Shown: positions 1 through 13,380 of the stretch, one piece after another
Numbering within the stretch: the first letter of the stretch is position 1
How the letters are laid out: each line of letters starts with the position of its first letter
Assembly: GCA_051294905.1 (NCBI GenBank)
Contig: CM119372.1
Coordinates: forward strand, 8,806,001 to 8,870,000
Length of the DNA stretch: 64,000 nucleotides
Source: Botryllus schlosseri
Taxonomy: Eukaryota
Reading direction: 5' to 3'
Translations under genes and position numbers: made by a program
The notes under the pieces: model-generated
Told to the model about the DNA's origin: nothing
What the model saw: the letters and a program-made list of their open reading frames with translations, nothing else
Databases searched by the model: none

Positions 1-957
1 CGGATCAACGTTCCATGTAACATGAGTCTCACCTAAACGATCGTAAAACACGCCAATCATCTACGCCTGGCTATTGTAATGACACCTATTATGTTGGAAG
101 CTGGGTTTTTGAACAATACTATATCAGATGGCCTGATATAACCCGTTAGTGGTGGCACATGGGTGTGTGACTTGACTCTGCGAGCGTTGGTAAAAGGCCT
201 CGTTCTATAATCTAACTTTACCTTACCTATCTCACGCCATGCGCGTGACTCGGAACATTTGTGAGTGAACGTCAAACGTGAAAGGCTCCTTAGTGCTTGA
301 AGACCCTTGTGATCGCATTGTAGTCTTATATCACAACCAACAGCGCAGAATTCCCTACTTTCGCGAGATCATTCAGAATTTATCCGCTGAGCATTGTTAA
401 GAATATCCTGCGACTGAGGAATAGAGACAAGTCATTTGCAGCATGAGGATTGTTCTTAGCAGTGTCGAAGTTGACAATAAGCAGAATACAATGCCGTATC
501 CTAGTTATATCAAAGGTTAGCATTGGCAAAGGTTTTTAGAGTTCAAACGCGCTACCCTAAGTCACCACGGCGACTTTGTTGCTATGTTTGCATTGGTGTG
601 TAATCATGTAATTGAATAGTGCTTTCAACTTTCTAGGAAAGGTCGGCATCCCTGGCACGAAGCATCCCGTTATCTATTTCTAATTCGTATCGCGGAAACG
701 AATTACAACGATATCTAGTTTCAAGAAGAATACATGTGCTGAACATATACTGTCGTTTTACATGAGCTACACAACAGTCAGTTACCGTATTTAGGAACAT
801 CAATACAAAAGATCATGAGTCTTGATGAGACGTCCAGAATAGGAAACCAATGTCTACCACCAACCAATCTGCATAATCGTCCATTGGTTTCTCGTATAAT
901 AAATTATATATTATATGTATATTTAGAGAAAAATTAGTATTCTGCAATCGGTGCAAG

Positions 958-3900
958 ATGTGGAGAATACTTTTCTCCTATTTCTTGCTGTGCAATTTAT
1001 CATCCAACGGAGGTAAAACAGCACGAATGGGACGTAGTAGAAATGCCTGTGCTGAACTTGGTAGTGAATGCCGTTGCAAACGAGGGAAGCACAATGAGCA
1101 AAACATCATCTGCACAAAACAGAATTGCATGAAAAGGCTGCCCACGAGAGAAGTGCCGAAGGAACAGGCCGGGAAAGTCGTCAGCTTGCTTGTAACAAAG
1201 TAACTATGTCGTTTTCAAACATTCCCTCTGTATTGTGTCTGTGGCAAGTGGCAACTGTATTAACGTCAGAGTTGGATCAATTGTAATTTGTAATTGAGCT
1301 GAATGTAATTATTACATTTTTTCATGTAATTGTAATTGTAATTGAAGCATTTGTAATTTGTGTAATTGTAATTGTAATTTGATGAACATTTTGCAGAATT
1401 ACAATTCCAATTTCATTGTTATGGAAACCTGACAATCACAACCTGAAAGCATCTGAAGGGGGGCGCGAAGCTCCGGTAAACTGAAATTTTTTCCGCGCTT
1501 GGCGCGAATTTCATATTGGAGAATTCTCTCATCAACAGTCATAACCTTCCATACCATCAAACTATCTGTAAGGATTGCTAACATTCTGATTTCATTGTGT
1601 GATATGACGATAAGGGAGGCACGAAATATTTCACTGTTATAAAGAGGGGCGTGTCTGAAAAAGTTGAAGAACATGTGGGCTAAACTAAATCTTAATAATT
1701 CAAAAATGGATGAACAGCAAATAAACTCTTCTGAAACCTGTGCTGAACCATTTTCTACACCACGGTCAGAGTTTTTTGGCCAGTACCGAGGCTTGCCGCA
1801 ACAACTGCAAAACGAAATTCAAATTTCCAACAAAGGCTTTAGCAAACTTGATCACGTATTTGTTGAGATGTTATCCCAATCTTACTTCCAATCTTGGCAA
1901 AATTTTCTGGGGCCAGAAACTTTTCGCACCCTAATGTTCATCAAATGCAATCTAACAGTTTCCGAGCAAGTGAAAATGTAAATGCGAACCAAAATGTTGT
2001 AATTCGTAGTTATCAGGAGGTTCTTTCCTGTTGCATTTATTTTAATTTTACGCACCTTAACGGTATCATCCTTATCGCTGACGCCTTACGAATTACATTT
2101 CATTATCCTCACTCAGCTCTGAGTAGCCTAATCGTTGCATTGCATTTCATTAACTACTGTCCTGTAGCCTATTCGCTGTTAGTCGCTCAAACTTTTGTTT
2201 GTTAACAGTCGCTTGAAACATTTTTCTGTGTTGGTAGTTTTCAGTACTCATGATTAGTAATAGTTCGAATACGTTCGAGTTTTTTTTTTCATGAAATGGT
2301 ATTCTACGTATCATGAATGAAACATGAATACTGAATAGCTTGAGATTGTTGCTAATTACGTCGCTACGGTTGTCAAAAAACACCTCTCTACCGAATCAAT
2401 TACATGTTTAACAGTAATTGCAATTGTAATTGTAATTCATTACATGCTTAACAGTAATTGTCATTGTAATTGTAATTCGATATTCTTAGCATTGAGTAAC
2501 TGTAATGTAATTGAAACATGCAAGGAAGTAATTGTAATTGTAATTAAACTGAATTATTGTAGTTGATCCAACTCTGATTGACGTTGTTTAGAAATAGCAT
2601 AATTTTATGGAAATCGCGCATTAAATACTGCGTGCTGGAGTGAAACTGTAAGGATGTACGAAATATTCGACGACACTATCCATCAAATACTTTAAGAGTA
2701 TTGTTGCCAGTCGTGCTAGGTCACGTGAGGCGACATCAGCCACGAATTGGTACGGTACGGTCTCACTGGATTTGGAAATTTGGATATATTATCATACCCT
2801 ACCAGTTCCGTGACAACTTTAATCGGTGAACAGGAGTAGGCCATGAGTCTTGTGAGAATGGTGTGATATCTTATCTGCTTTTCCGTGGTTTTACCAGGTG
2901 CGAAAACATGCATATGTTGTTGAGGGATAGTATTCATTTAAGGACTAGTACCTTCACTACAATATCCCGTATGCCTATTACCAGCCCGCTATCACAATTG
3001 CATTATTTGTTGTGTACGAGGCTCCACGCTTCAGTGGTTAGTCCGATATTGCGGCCGGAATAAAGTCATAAGGCACGGGCTCATAGCTGTAGCGTACAGC
3101 ATGCGCAATTGCGCATGACTTTCACGCGGATACCACGGATCGAAATCCGTTATCGGTTATATGAATAAGGCAAAGCGAGAATTGTTCAAACAAATCCTTA
3201 TGAGTAAACTCTGTTTGCCACATTTTAGTCATCATTGAATTGGGTTCTATAATCACATTCAAGTACCTGCAGGGTTATACTAAACGGAGACTAACACGTT
3301 TATTATCAAAGGAGCCAGTCACTGGCTGGCACCGATATAATCCTGCCCTCTTCTACGATTACCTCTTTAATTTCAGTTCTAGTGACAAACGATATGTGAA
3401 GTCTGGGGTGTGTGGTCGTTCATTGTCTCTTTGCATATTACGGCATCGTGCTACGATAAGTGCTCAACTGCTCAAGAAATGTTTGATTCACTCGATAATT
3501 TCACAGCCTTTACGACTAAGTTATTAAAATCTCGGGAATCTTTCACCTTGAACTTTCGACAGAAATGCATCATAGCCGAATGACTGTGGGCTCTGAATTC
3601 GCCATCTTTGGTATATGGAAATTTCGATTATCTAAACTGCCCGCCAATAATGAGAATTGGAAAGAATTTCAATATCCTGAATTCAATACGGATAGTGATT
3701 GTATGATACTGGCTGGTATATTTCAGATATAAAAGCTGCATATATCGTATATCTGCGCAGAACCATTATAAAATTGTTAGTCCGAATTTTGAGATACATA
3801 TGCTTCTATTAGAGAAGTACGGATCATGGTTTTCCGGGAAGGGGATCCAATCCTGTTCTATGAAATGGAATCCTGATCCAATCCGGATCCTGTTTCCGTC

Positions 3901-6900
3901 TCAAATGTTTAAATCTGGATCAGAAAATATCCCGCACATGGGAGAGAGAGACAAATATTTATTGATTCGTCCAACCGAAATGAAAATAACATTGACGCAT
4001 GAAATTATAACAAGATACTTAACGGTGTAGGACAGGGTGTAATCGATATGACTCTGGGTAGGGTCAACATGGTTAAGCATCTATTTGTCCCTGTCGTCCA
4101 TATTTTTCTAAATACACCTCGGCAATGCATTGAAGTTTGCGATTATGGATTTTTCGAAATAGCGGCGCAATGCAGAAGTCAACCGAGTCCAATTTCATTC
4201 AAAACATCGAAGTACACAAACAGATAGTCACTTTCATACACTATAAATTTAGAATCCTGCCCTGATCCGGATCCGACAGTCGCCAAAAATGTGAATCCGG
4301 ATCCTATCCTGTACGAGAAAAACTTGCCGGATTCCTGTCCGGTTAGAATCCAAAATCCTGATCCTAGCTTATACGTTTTATAGTACGTGCATCACCCCGC
4401 AATATTCGTATTTCGCTTTAGGCAGCGGAACCTGACTACCATTGGTGGAACTGAGCTACGAAGACTCGGCAACATCACCGAAATCAGAATAACTCGCTGC
4501 AACGTGTCACAAGTATCACCGTATGCGTTTATGGGACTGAACCATGTTCTAACGTGGGTACAATTAGATTAATCACGTAGTAGTAGAATATTTTTCCGAA
4601 TGCTGCTGTCGCTCCACACAATGTGACGATTTATTTGAGAAAAGACAAAATGCTATTTGACGTTAGTTTTAGACGTTACCAATTTGCGTCCCACTGTTTC
4701 GAGCGTTTCCAGTTTTGTGGAAGTATGGCTATAATTTTTTTTAGGCATCGTAAATATTGGTCGTCGATTTAATTTCATCGAAAGTGCGTTCAGCTGTTAC
4801 TTGATACGGTAGTCCTGAAGATGACGTAATGTCATATGTATGTCATCGCAATAGTAATACCTGCTGCTAAATGCGCATTTAATATTATTCTCAAGGTTGG
4901 CCTATTACTCACATACTCGCCTATTACCAGCGACATCAGGATCTAGACATCTTTGCGTCACACACGTCAAACCCGCGGTTATAGTTGTTCGAACCTGGCC
5001 ATAAACTTCTCAAAATTCAAAACGATTTATTGTGATCAGTGGCAGAGGTCTTCGATTGCCAATTTGTCGATTTCCATGAGATTATCTGCGTCCTCCGCAC
5101 TCCGCATAATGTTGTTGTTTGTGGTATTCATGGTGTTTGTCGGCTACTATGGTCATTTACATCAGGCCGATATTCCTTATTTTTGATTCCGTATCTGCCG
5201 ACTTGCAGCACGGCCCACTTCTAGGCTTATTGTAAGACACTGCTTACGCGGATGAGATGGCGAGGAGGAGCCTGGATAAACCTCCAACACTTATGTAAGA
5301 ATTCTGGATGAGTCGACCTCTGTCGGACTCGAACCCACAACCCATTGGTGCTATAGCTGTGGACGATTACACCACTATACCCTATCTCGCCACCCTCCTC
5401 CGCAGTATGGACGGATGAAGAATCATAGGCATAAGTGGCAATATTGGTCACAGTCGGAAGTCAGTTTCTGATCCAGCACATGAAGCCGTACGCTATTGGA
5501 ATCTCATATATATATAATTCATGAACAGTGCCTCTATGATGACAGTCGCCACAAGTGTAGTTGTCGCCAAGTGCTTTGCTATGCTCCATGAAAGCTCCAG
5601 AGGTTACAATTTTCTGTTTCTGTCGTGTCGACGTAAATTGCTCTCGTGGTTGACTGACTACGGTTTTAAATTACGAGTACTGTTCATTGCCATGTAAATT
5701 GAAAACCCGACTGATTGCCCACGTGTTGCTTAGTTTTCGCTCGATACGAGCTAGGTGGTCAAAAGGAACGACCCCCCCCCCCGAAATTTCGACTAGGGCA
5801 TTATGACTTCATTCATTTTCACCGCATCAATGTGGATATTCGTGACAGCAGGTCATCGTGACAGGTATTACTATTGTGATGACATACAGATGACATTACG
5901 TCATCTTCAATTTCCAATCCTGGCTATGCGTATGTCTCTATACCCGTTGTTTCTATTTGTACGAGTCATCGTGATGTGATGAAGTGAATTGTTGTAACTG
6001 CCCCGTAATGCGATTCCTAGTTCACTTTCGAATATTTGTAACAATAGTCGTGATAAATGTTAAGTTACTACCCCAAAATAGTACTTAGAGCAGGGGTTCT
6101 CAACACGCTTATTTTGCGTCCTGCAACATCTTCGATTACGAAAGCAATTACACCGTGTCTGTTTTATTTATCGATAACTCATTCTGGTTTTTTGATACGC
6201 TCGAGGTAAAATTCGTACTGTTTTGATAATCGGTATTCGGACTATGGTTTAAGAGAATCTCGCTGGGTAGAGTGAAGAGCTTCTTGGAGGTACAGAACTT
6301 CAATATTTGTTCATAGAGTGTTACTCTCACCACCACTGACTTGAACAGATCGCGACAAGGAAAGGGAACCACGAAAACTGAGTTTTCAACTAAGTGTGTA
6401 ATAATTAGGGCTGGGCAAAATCGAGTACCTGAGTGATTCGATTCTGAATCACGTAATATGCTTCGAGTCGAGTAATCGAGTATCACTCATTATGACGTCA
6501 TAACAGAATACAATACGTCAAAGTTCAAATATGTACATTTTATGCCACCACAAAGAATATATTGCCTGTTATCCATCTCGTAAATGATACTTTAGAGGTA
6601 TTTTCGACCATACCGAATTCCTGCCACTTGGTGACATTATTGTGGGATAATCATGACTTCGTAAATGTGCTACGTCCAGTAACCTTCGTAGCTTTGTACT
6701 ATATGTTTCGCATGCTACGATAAGGCCAATTAAGGTTTCAAGGTTTCAACAGTGAAAATTAGTATCGAAACTAAAATTCTCGTTGATAAATTAACTTACA
6801 GTGGCGAGCAGCGTATAATTTAAAAAATCATTTTTTACTACTCGACTCAAATCATTAATTAATACTCGATTCAGATTCGAGTACTCGAATGATTGTGCCC

Positions 6901-9900
6901 AGTCCTAGTAACAATAAATTAGCTTTCGCAGAGATACACGGAAACCCGATGTGTCTTATTTGTCTAAGAACAGTTGCCGCAACGAAACGAGGAAGTTTAA
7001 AACGACATCGCTGACAGTTTCATCCGGAGTTCAAAATACATACTACAGTACATACACCTCATCTTAAGACAAAACGTTGCTAGTCAAGTGCCAAATCCAG
7101 CAATCCATATTTCAAGGCATTGTTAAAATTGCCGACAATGTTTCAGAGGCATAGTTCAAAATTGCTTGGAATATTGCTAAAGCCAAGAAGTCAGCTTGAG
7201 AAATGGGATTTGAGAAAACTTTGGCAGACTGTGCGAATTCCCTGTTTCCGGAATTTAGCAACAATGACAACATTACCTGGTAAATCTTGAAGCTACAGTT
7301 GTCTGATTCAACCATGTCCAAATGAGTAACAATAATTTCAGTCAATCTTTCATCGCAGTTTCTGAAATAAGCTGCGGCGTAGGCTACTTTAGCCTTAGCA
7401 TCAGACAATTCCACCGGCTCATAATATGGGTGCATTTTCTTAGCGTGAACTTTGCACACAGTAAATGCTGGCAGATCAAACGTCTGGAGGGGACAGTTGT
7501 TCAGCAATGACGAGCTTTTATCGAGGATCACTCAAAAACATCAACTTATGACAAAGCTGACTTTTGTAATTATTGACGGGGCTCCAGCCATGGAAAAGGA
7601 GAAAAATCGCCGTGATCTGCTTACGCCACCGGAAAATAACAGATTCACACAAATAACTGCAAACTTCCGAACGCTGTCCATTAATGCTTTAGAGTGCATA
7701 AACGTGTATTCAACGCCCGTATACAACTGGTAATTACAGTGAATTTAATAGTAGTCTACGCTCACATAATAATAATTTTCTGCGGCCCGCAGCTCGTTTT
7801 CATGTTAAAAGGCGACCCGTTATACGTGGGAAGTTGAGAACCCCTGACTAAGAGGATTGTGATTGTGATGCCTATAATAATCTGACATGCATTTAGATTG
7901 GACCTTCACAAGAACAATCTCGGTGGCATTCCACCGGCAATAAAACAATTGGCGAATCTGGAATATTTGAATTTGGGAGGAAACAAGATCCAGCATTTTC
8001 AACATGCAGCATTGTTTTCCTTGAGAAAATTGAAGCGCCTCATACTGGGTCGCAATTTTCTTGTCTCGATTCCCAGTATGCTTCCTCCGTCACTGATAAA
8101 ACTCACAGTGAGTGGAAATCAATTGACCGAACTGGGAGACTTGAAGTATTTACGAAATCTCCGGATCTTACTCGCGGACAAAAATAATCTAACCGCGATT
8201 CCGCAACTCCCAAGCACCGTGAAGGTCGTCAGCTTATGTACTAACCAGATAGACGAAGACGTATCGTTGCTCTCTCTACCGAATTTAACCTCGATTAATT
8301 TGAGCAACAACAAGAGAATAGGAGATATCTCAATGATGACATTTTCGAACCAGAGTGGAAGGTTACCTCCTCGAAAGTTGCGAAAGTTTGTGGCAAGAAA
8401 TTCCGGGATAAGGAGTATCACTCCTAACGCTTTCAACTGCTTGTCTCGGTTACGTGTTCTCGATTTATCGTACAACGAGATAAGAAGTTACCGGGAATCT
8501 TGGTTTAGCGGTAACAAAGCAATGCGTAGCGTGCAGATCCGTGGAAATCCTTTTTCTTGTGGATGCGACGTCAATTCAAGCCTGGCGGAAATTGCGGATG
8601 TATTTCGGATGACGAATGAAGTGAAGAAGCGTGAATTTCATAACGATTTCAACCTAGTTACTTGTGAAACTTCAGGTAATTTTATATCCAAATATACGTT
8701 TTTGTTGGATGTCCAATCACATCATCGAATCGGCGAGTTCAACGAGAACCGCCTATATTAGATGATTAAATGCGTTACTATGATTTTGAATGTGATTAGC
8801 CGGCTCTTGCAATTAAACTGTAGGCGAGTAGGCCTCTGTATATTGTATATTGTAGATGTATGTACATTGTAGGCCTACATTGTACATGAGGATTCTTGTA
8901 CGTCGGGACTCGGGATCCATCCCTGTTTTGAGATGAATTTTGAACAAAGTATAATTAACTGATAGTTAGGTCAGCTGATCATTGTTGTTCATACGAGAAT
9001 ATGCATATTTTAGTCGTGGAAAGAGGGCTTTGTGAAACGTTCACACTGACGGCTGACTCATGCTCTATCAGAGGTAAGTCTTGTTTTCATTCAAAACCAG
9101 CCAATTCGTGGGAGTTCAACATATCTTTTTAGCTTACGAAAAAGACGAAATGGACAGAACAACGACAACCACAACAACGCTGAAACCAACAACTGCTAGT
9201 ACCACAACAGGAACTACATCTACTACTACTACTACTACGAAACATCGAAGACCTCTAAGCACAAACGCATTCGACTTCACCACTCGATCTGTATTTAACA
9301 TTGACCTAAAGACGGAGCTTTACACTGTAAGAATGCCGCAACCCCGCCCCGTGACGAGCAGCTTTAGAGGCACAATGACAAGGAACAGAATCGCTACAAC
9401 ACCTGATGTAATGACTAAGACCAGAACTACGACTATGGCTGCAGCGCGCGGCATCAAATCTACTACTACCACTACAACATCAACGGCCACCATGGGAGCT
9501 ATGACGTTGGCTGCAGCGCGAGACATCAAATCTACAACCACTACTGAGCCAACGACCACCAAGACTACGACGAGGACGACGACGACTACGGCTCCAGTAT
9601 CTACCACGACCACATCATCTACCACCACCACCACTACCACTATAGCAACAACAACAACAACAACATTGCCAGCAACAGAACCCCCGACAACTAAAAGTAC
9701 TACGACTTTGAGAGCGACACAACCCAAAACAACACAAAGCTCCACCACAGCTCGACCGACAACGAAACTGCCAACCACCACACATAGCTCCACCTTGCGT
9801 CAGTCAACGACCACTACTTCAAGCCCCACAACCACCTCAAGCACTCTGGTGATACCCTCCGTTGGGCCTGTTGGAGACTTGGAAGAAACAAGTAAGTTCA

Positions 9901-10502
9901 TGAAATGTACAATGGGACACCTACCTACATTTGTAATGGCCGATCACGTTGATTAATGACGACGGATTGTACTTATAGGTCACAATCCATCCAGAATGTT
10001 GGTTTGGGTAGGTCGGAACCCCTACCGTTTCAAACTTGTAATGATGCTCCATGTGGAAAGCGGATACGATTACGATAAAATAAAAATTCACAAGTTGCTT
10101 AAGAATCGAATCTACTTAATTTTGTTTTAGTTAGTTGCGTAATTTTAAAGGTGGTTATTTCCAGTTCTGATTGTACTTGCGACTTTTGAAAAGTGAGTAC
10201 TGAGTAGTTATAATTCTAGTTAAATTAGAGCTAAAACTTTGCAGAGTGTACAACTACAAACAGAATAATATTATATGCGCTTAAATTTTCAAGCTCTTGA
10301 TGTCATTCCACACACCTAACAAGGAACATTATTTTCAGGTGAATCTAAAAAATGGTGTTCGGATGACAGAGCTACGCCTTGTATATTCCCGTTTATTTAC
10401 AATTCGGAGAAAGTGTACGAGTGTGTCGGCTGGGGTAAATGGTGTTCTGAGACTGACAATTATGACAGGGATGGAGAGTGGGGTTACTGTCAGGAATGCT
10501 GA
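958..10502 (+). CDS. Secreted LRR protein with Thr-rich mucin stalk and C-terminal fibronectin type II domain (exons 958-1199, 4422-4553, 7897-8675, 9014-9073, 9133-9891, 10339-10502)
   Basis: All junctions GT-AG with matching phases (2,2,1,1,1). Signal peptide MWRILFSYFLLCNL; Cys-rich LRRNT (CAELGSECRC); LxxLxLxxN repeats; LRRCT GNPFSCGC; poly-Thr exon; last exon PCIFPFIYNSEKVYECVGWGKWCSETDNYDRDGEWGYC matches the FN2 pattern; AATAAA at 10554. An extra small exon near 9979 is possible. Confidence 0.85.
1267..2576. mobile_element. Non-autonomous hAT-type DNA transposon in LRR gene intron 1
   Basis: TIR cagagttggatcaa / ttgatccaactctg; TSD attaacgt/attgacgt (1 mismatch); subterminal tgtaat arrays at both ends. 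Confidence 0.9.
3810..4380. mobile_element. Degenerate MITE with GGATCC/ATCCG subterminal repeats
   Basis: Starts tagagaagtacggatc; clusters of atcc/ggat repeats at both ends; resembles the 14804 element. Ends eroded. Confidence 0.5.
4816..5909. repeat. ~47-bp inverted repeats bracketing ~1.1 kb (probable old DNA transposon)
   Basis: gaagatgacgtaatgtcatatgtatgtcatcgcaatagtaatacctg at 4817 versus its reverse complement ending at 5908, 2 mismatches; no TSD seen. Confidence 0.6.
5186..5390 (-). mobile_element. tRNA-derived SINE
   Basis: Minus strand: gcgagatagggtatagtggtgtaat (A box) ... gggttcgagtcc (B box) then ggtcgactca and an unrelated body; acceptor stem does not pair. 3' end approximate. 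Confidence 0.6.
6091..7846 (+). mobile_element. Degenerate hAT (Charlie/SPIN/GTF2IRD2-like) transposon with transposase remnants
   Basis: TIR caggggttctcaac / gttgagaacccctg; TSD acttagag/actaagag; remnants PMCLICLRTVAATKRGSLKRH (~6946, BED-like finger) and IIDGAPAM (~7570, catalytic DGAPAM motif); frames broken. Confidence 0.85.
6406..6907. mobile_element. hAT MITE nested in the 6091 element (same family as 59371-59890)
   Basis: TIR tagggctgggcaaaatc / gattgtgcccagtccta; TSD gtaataat/gtaacaat. Confidence 0.9.
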
Positions 10503-12064
10503 TGAAGGTTTAAATTGCATTCATCGAAAAATTAATGAACTGGGTCGGTCATGAATAAAATGTCGGCATACATATGCGACATTTTTCTATATCAGTAATA
10601 CGTTCTACTGCACTCCTATCGTTGTTGTCAGATCCGCTTCCAATGTCTAAACGGTGTTTGCTGCGCTTCATGAAAATGCCGTTGTAGCGACATGAGGTAT
10701 AATTCAATGTCTAGTCAATTTAAACTGCATTCTTACACAGCAATCTAGCGAAAGACGACAATATAGGATGTTTGTTATAGTGACTGCAAGATGTGCGGGC
10801 ATTATTTTGACACTGTCGCATTACAATGAATTTGGATTGTCTTAAACTTCACAGCGTCCCTCGTGATCCCATAATGCGAAAATAATCACATTATTTTAGA
10901 AATCAGAATCATTTCATTTATATTTGAAATTGTCATCACTTCAAAGTACCACGACAATTACGACCCCTCGAAAAGAAAGGAAAGAGTCGAAATGACTCCG
11001 CGAGTCGAAACGGCTCTGAGGCGAAGTCGATCAATCAGGTCCACGCTTTGGTACCTACAATATAGTAAGGCAGTCACATCAGCATATAATTATTCAATAT
11101 TCTGGGTCTTCCTGAAATATTATGTGTTTTCTTTTCATTGTCTCATTAATTTTGGTGAGCATGTGTGTGTACTGTGTATATTACATGCGATTTATACATC
11201 GCTTTCTACCTGCTTTGTCATACGTTACTCCTAGTCTTTCTGCCGGATAACCTGGCTGTTTCTCTGTGGTACAATCCCATTGATATATTCGCATACGTGT
11301 ATAGCGTATATCGGCAATACCCAACAAGGGCCACGTGAGAAATTTCTTTCCCAAGACGCGGTCGAAGGGCATGAAAGTTCGAGAAGCCCTTTATGCTTAT
11401 TGCTTTTGCATTGCATCTTGATTGCAACTGAGCGAAGAAATTTGCCAGATGTTGTTGTAGGCTTGGATCTCAATCGTTCTGGCTGGAGGAACTGAAAGGA
11501 AGATGGGGTGCTTTAAAATCGATAAAGTAATAGAACTGTGCGATTTTGAGTATTTTGATACTTTTTCGATCGGTTTCGTACTTTATATAGGATTGAGTAA
11601 AAGCGCAACGATACCAATTTATATTTAGCGATGCTCGATTGCTAATCAACCGCCCACCCTTTGTTTCGTGTTAATCACGGTTAATCGAATATAGAAATGT
11701 CATCATCATTTGAATTTGATTTTAATTCGTGAACTGCAAACAGTGCCAACTGGTGATGAACGCACATTCGGAACATGAACACTACGGAGCCGCTTTTTCT
11801 TGTTATTCGACTTATCGTTGCTTCTCTTCAATGTAGCTGCAGTTCCGTCGATGGGTGTGGTGTGGTTATAGTTTAGTCTTAGTGCATGGGTCCTTAACTA
11901 GTGGTCCATGAACCCCTTGGGGGTACAAAGGTACAAAGCATCAATATAGGGCGTACGGAATGCATTTTCGAGTCATACTATATTTAGCACAAAATTATTT
12001 CGCACATGAACATAAGTGATGCTGTAGTGGTGACGGCGTGGCAGTGGATATATGGAGTAGGATA

Positions 12065-12608
12065 CAGGGTTGTAATGACTCGAGTCATGACTCGACTCTA
12101 GTCCTACTCGAATCACGATTTTTCCGATGACTCGACATGACACTAGTCATTTTTTCAAATGCGTGAATTTGACTCGACTCCACTTGTACTCGAGTCATTG
12201 CGTATGACTCGAACTAAGTCATATGACTCGAGACTGGGACGGCCAAGATAGCGGACATTTCATTATATTCGAAGAATAGTAAAGTTACCACATTATCGGT
12301 ATTTCGTCTATCAGTCCTGATACTTGAAAATATATCCAGAAAGTGTTGAAACTGAAGAAAATTACTATAGAATATTATGAATGCCAGCCATTCTATATCA
12401 CTCGAGTAGAGTTGAAAAAAGTGGTACGAATCGAATTGAACTGTAAAACTTGACAGTGAACATAATGACTTGGACTAGGACTCGAGTCAAAACACTATGA
12501 ATCGGACTCAGACTTGACTCGGTGGTGAATTGAAAATGACTCGAATCAAAACTATAAAAGTGAGATGGACTTATGTGACTCGGAACGTTGTGACTTGATT
12601 ACAACCCA
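12065..12608. mobile_element. hAT MITE with GACTCGAGTC subterminal repeats (family of 21453-21875)
   Basis: Ends cagggttgtaat ... attacaaccc; repeated gactcga/gacttg; homologous to the 21453 element in reverse orientation. Confidence 0.75.
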
Positions 12609-12612
12609 TAGG

Positions 12613-13060
12613 ATCATCATCATCATTGGTTTATTATCAATTTTATCAGTTCAATACACCACAAAAAATGCGATACAATGAAAAGAAAGGAAGATGTCGA
12701 AGCGACTAGGAGTTGTCTATGGAATCGGACACCCACCTTGGCCTAGGCGATGTAAAGAGGAGGCATGCACATTGCACACTGAATGAAAGTAAAGAAAATA
12801 GTATAGAAAAAGAAAGCGACAAGAAATAGGGCGGCATGTCATGGGACGCGAGATCGATAGGTCCGTAATCTTGAGGATGGACTGTATTTATTTAGTAGTA
12901 ATTGCTTGTATTTCGACTTGAATGTGGGCATGCTCGTCGACTGCCGGATGGCCGGCGGGATACTGTTCCACACATCAGGTCCGGCATATTTGATGGAGCG
13001 ATGATGTTTTCGGTCGATCATATGATATTTGGACGACGTGGACGCGCGTGTGTTGTACTA
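12613..13060 (-). mobile_element. 5'-truncated CR1/L2-type LINE 3' end
   Basis: Encodes SIKYAGPDVWNSIPPAIRQSTSMPTFKSKYK, typical of the ORF2 C-terminus, followed by a 3' UTR ending aataaaccaatgatgatgatgat; several other copies in the window. Confidence 0.8.
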
Positions 13061-13380
13061 TAGACACGCGCGTCCACGTCGTCCAAATATCATAGTCTCT
13101 ATAGTTGTACTACGAGAGGTTTTAATGAGATATCAAGTGGTACGAGCACTAAAGGCTTAAGAAATACTGGTTTAATTAGTGTGTTTTGTTGTTCGCTCAC
13201 GGAAGAATTGTTACAGGACTGCTATCCTTTCGATATCTACAACTGGGAATATAGTGATTGTTGGCTTGGAACCACTCGATGTGCTTTGTACAAATTATTC
13301 GGCGATATATTTTACATCGAAAGCTCAACGATGCGAGTTCCAGTTTATTTGTTATTGATCAATAAATAAGGACTAGAAAG

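Noticed and set aside
7112..7733. Standalone protein-coding genes
   Set aside because: They lie inside a hAT element; fragments or antisense shadows of a decayed transposase.
9320..9793. Poly-Val membrane protein ORF
   Set aside because: Antisense shadow of the poly-Thr exon.
9979..10130. Alternative terminal exon of the LRR gene
   Set aside because: Acceptor is plausible and the frame is open, but the peptide is unrecognisable and the FN2 exon joins in phase without it; left unresolved.
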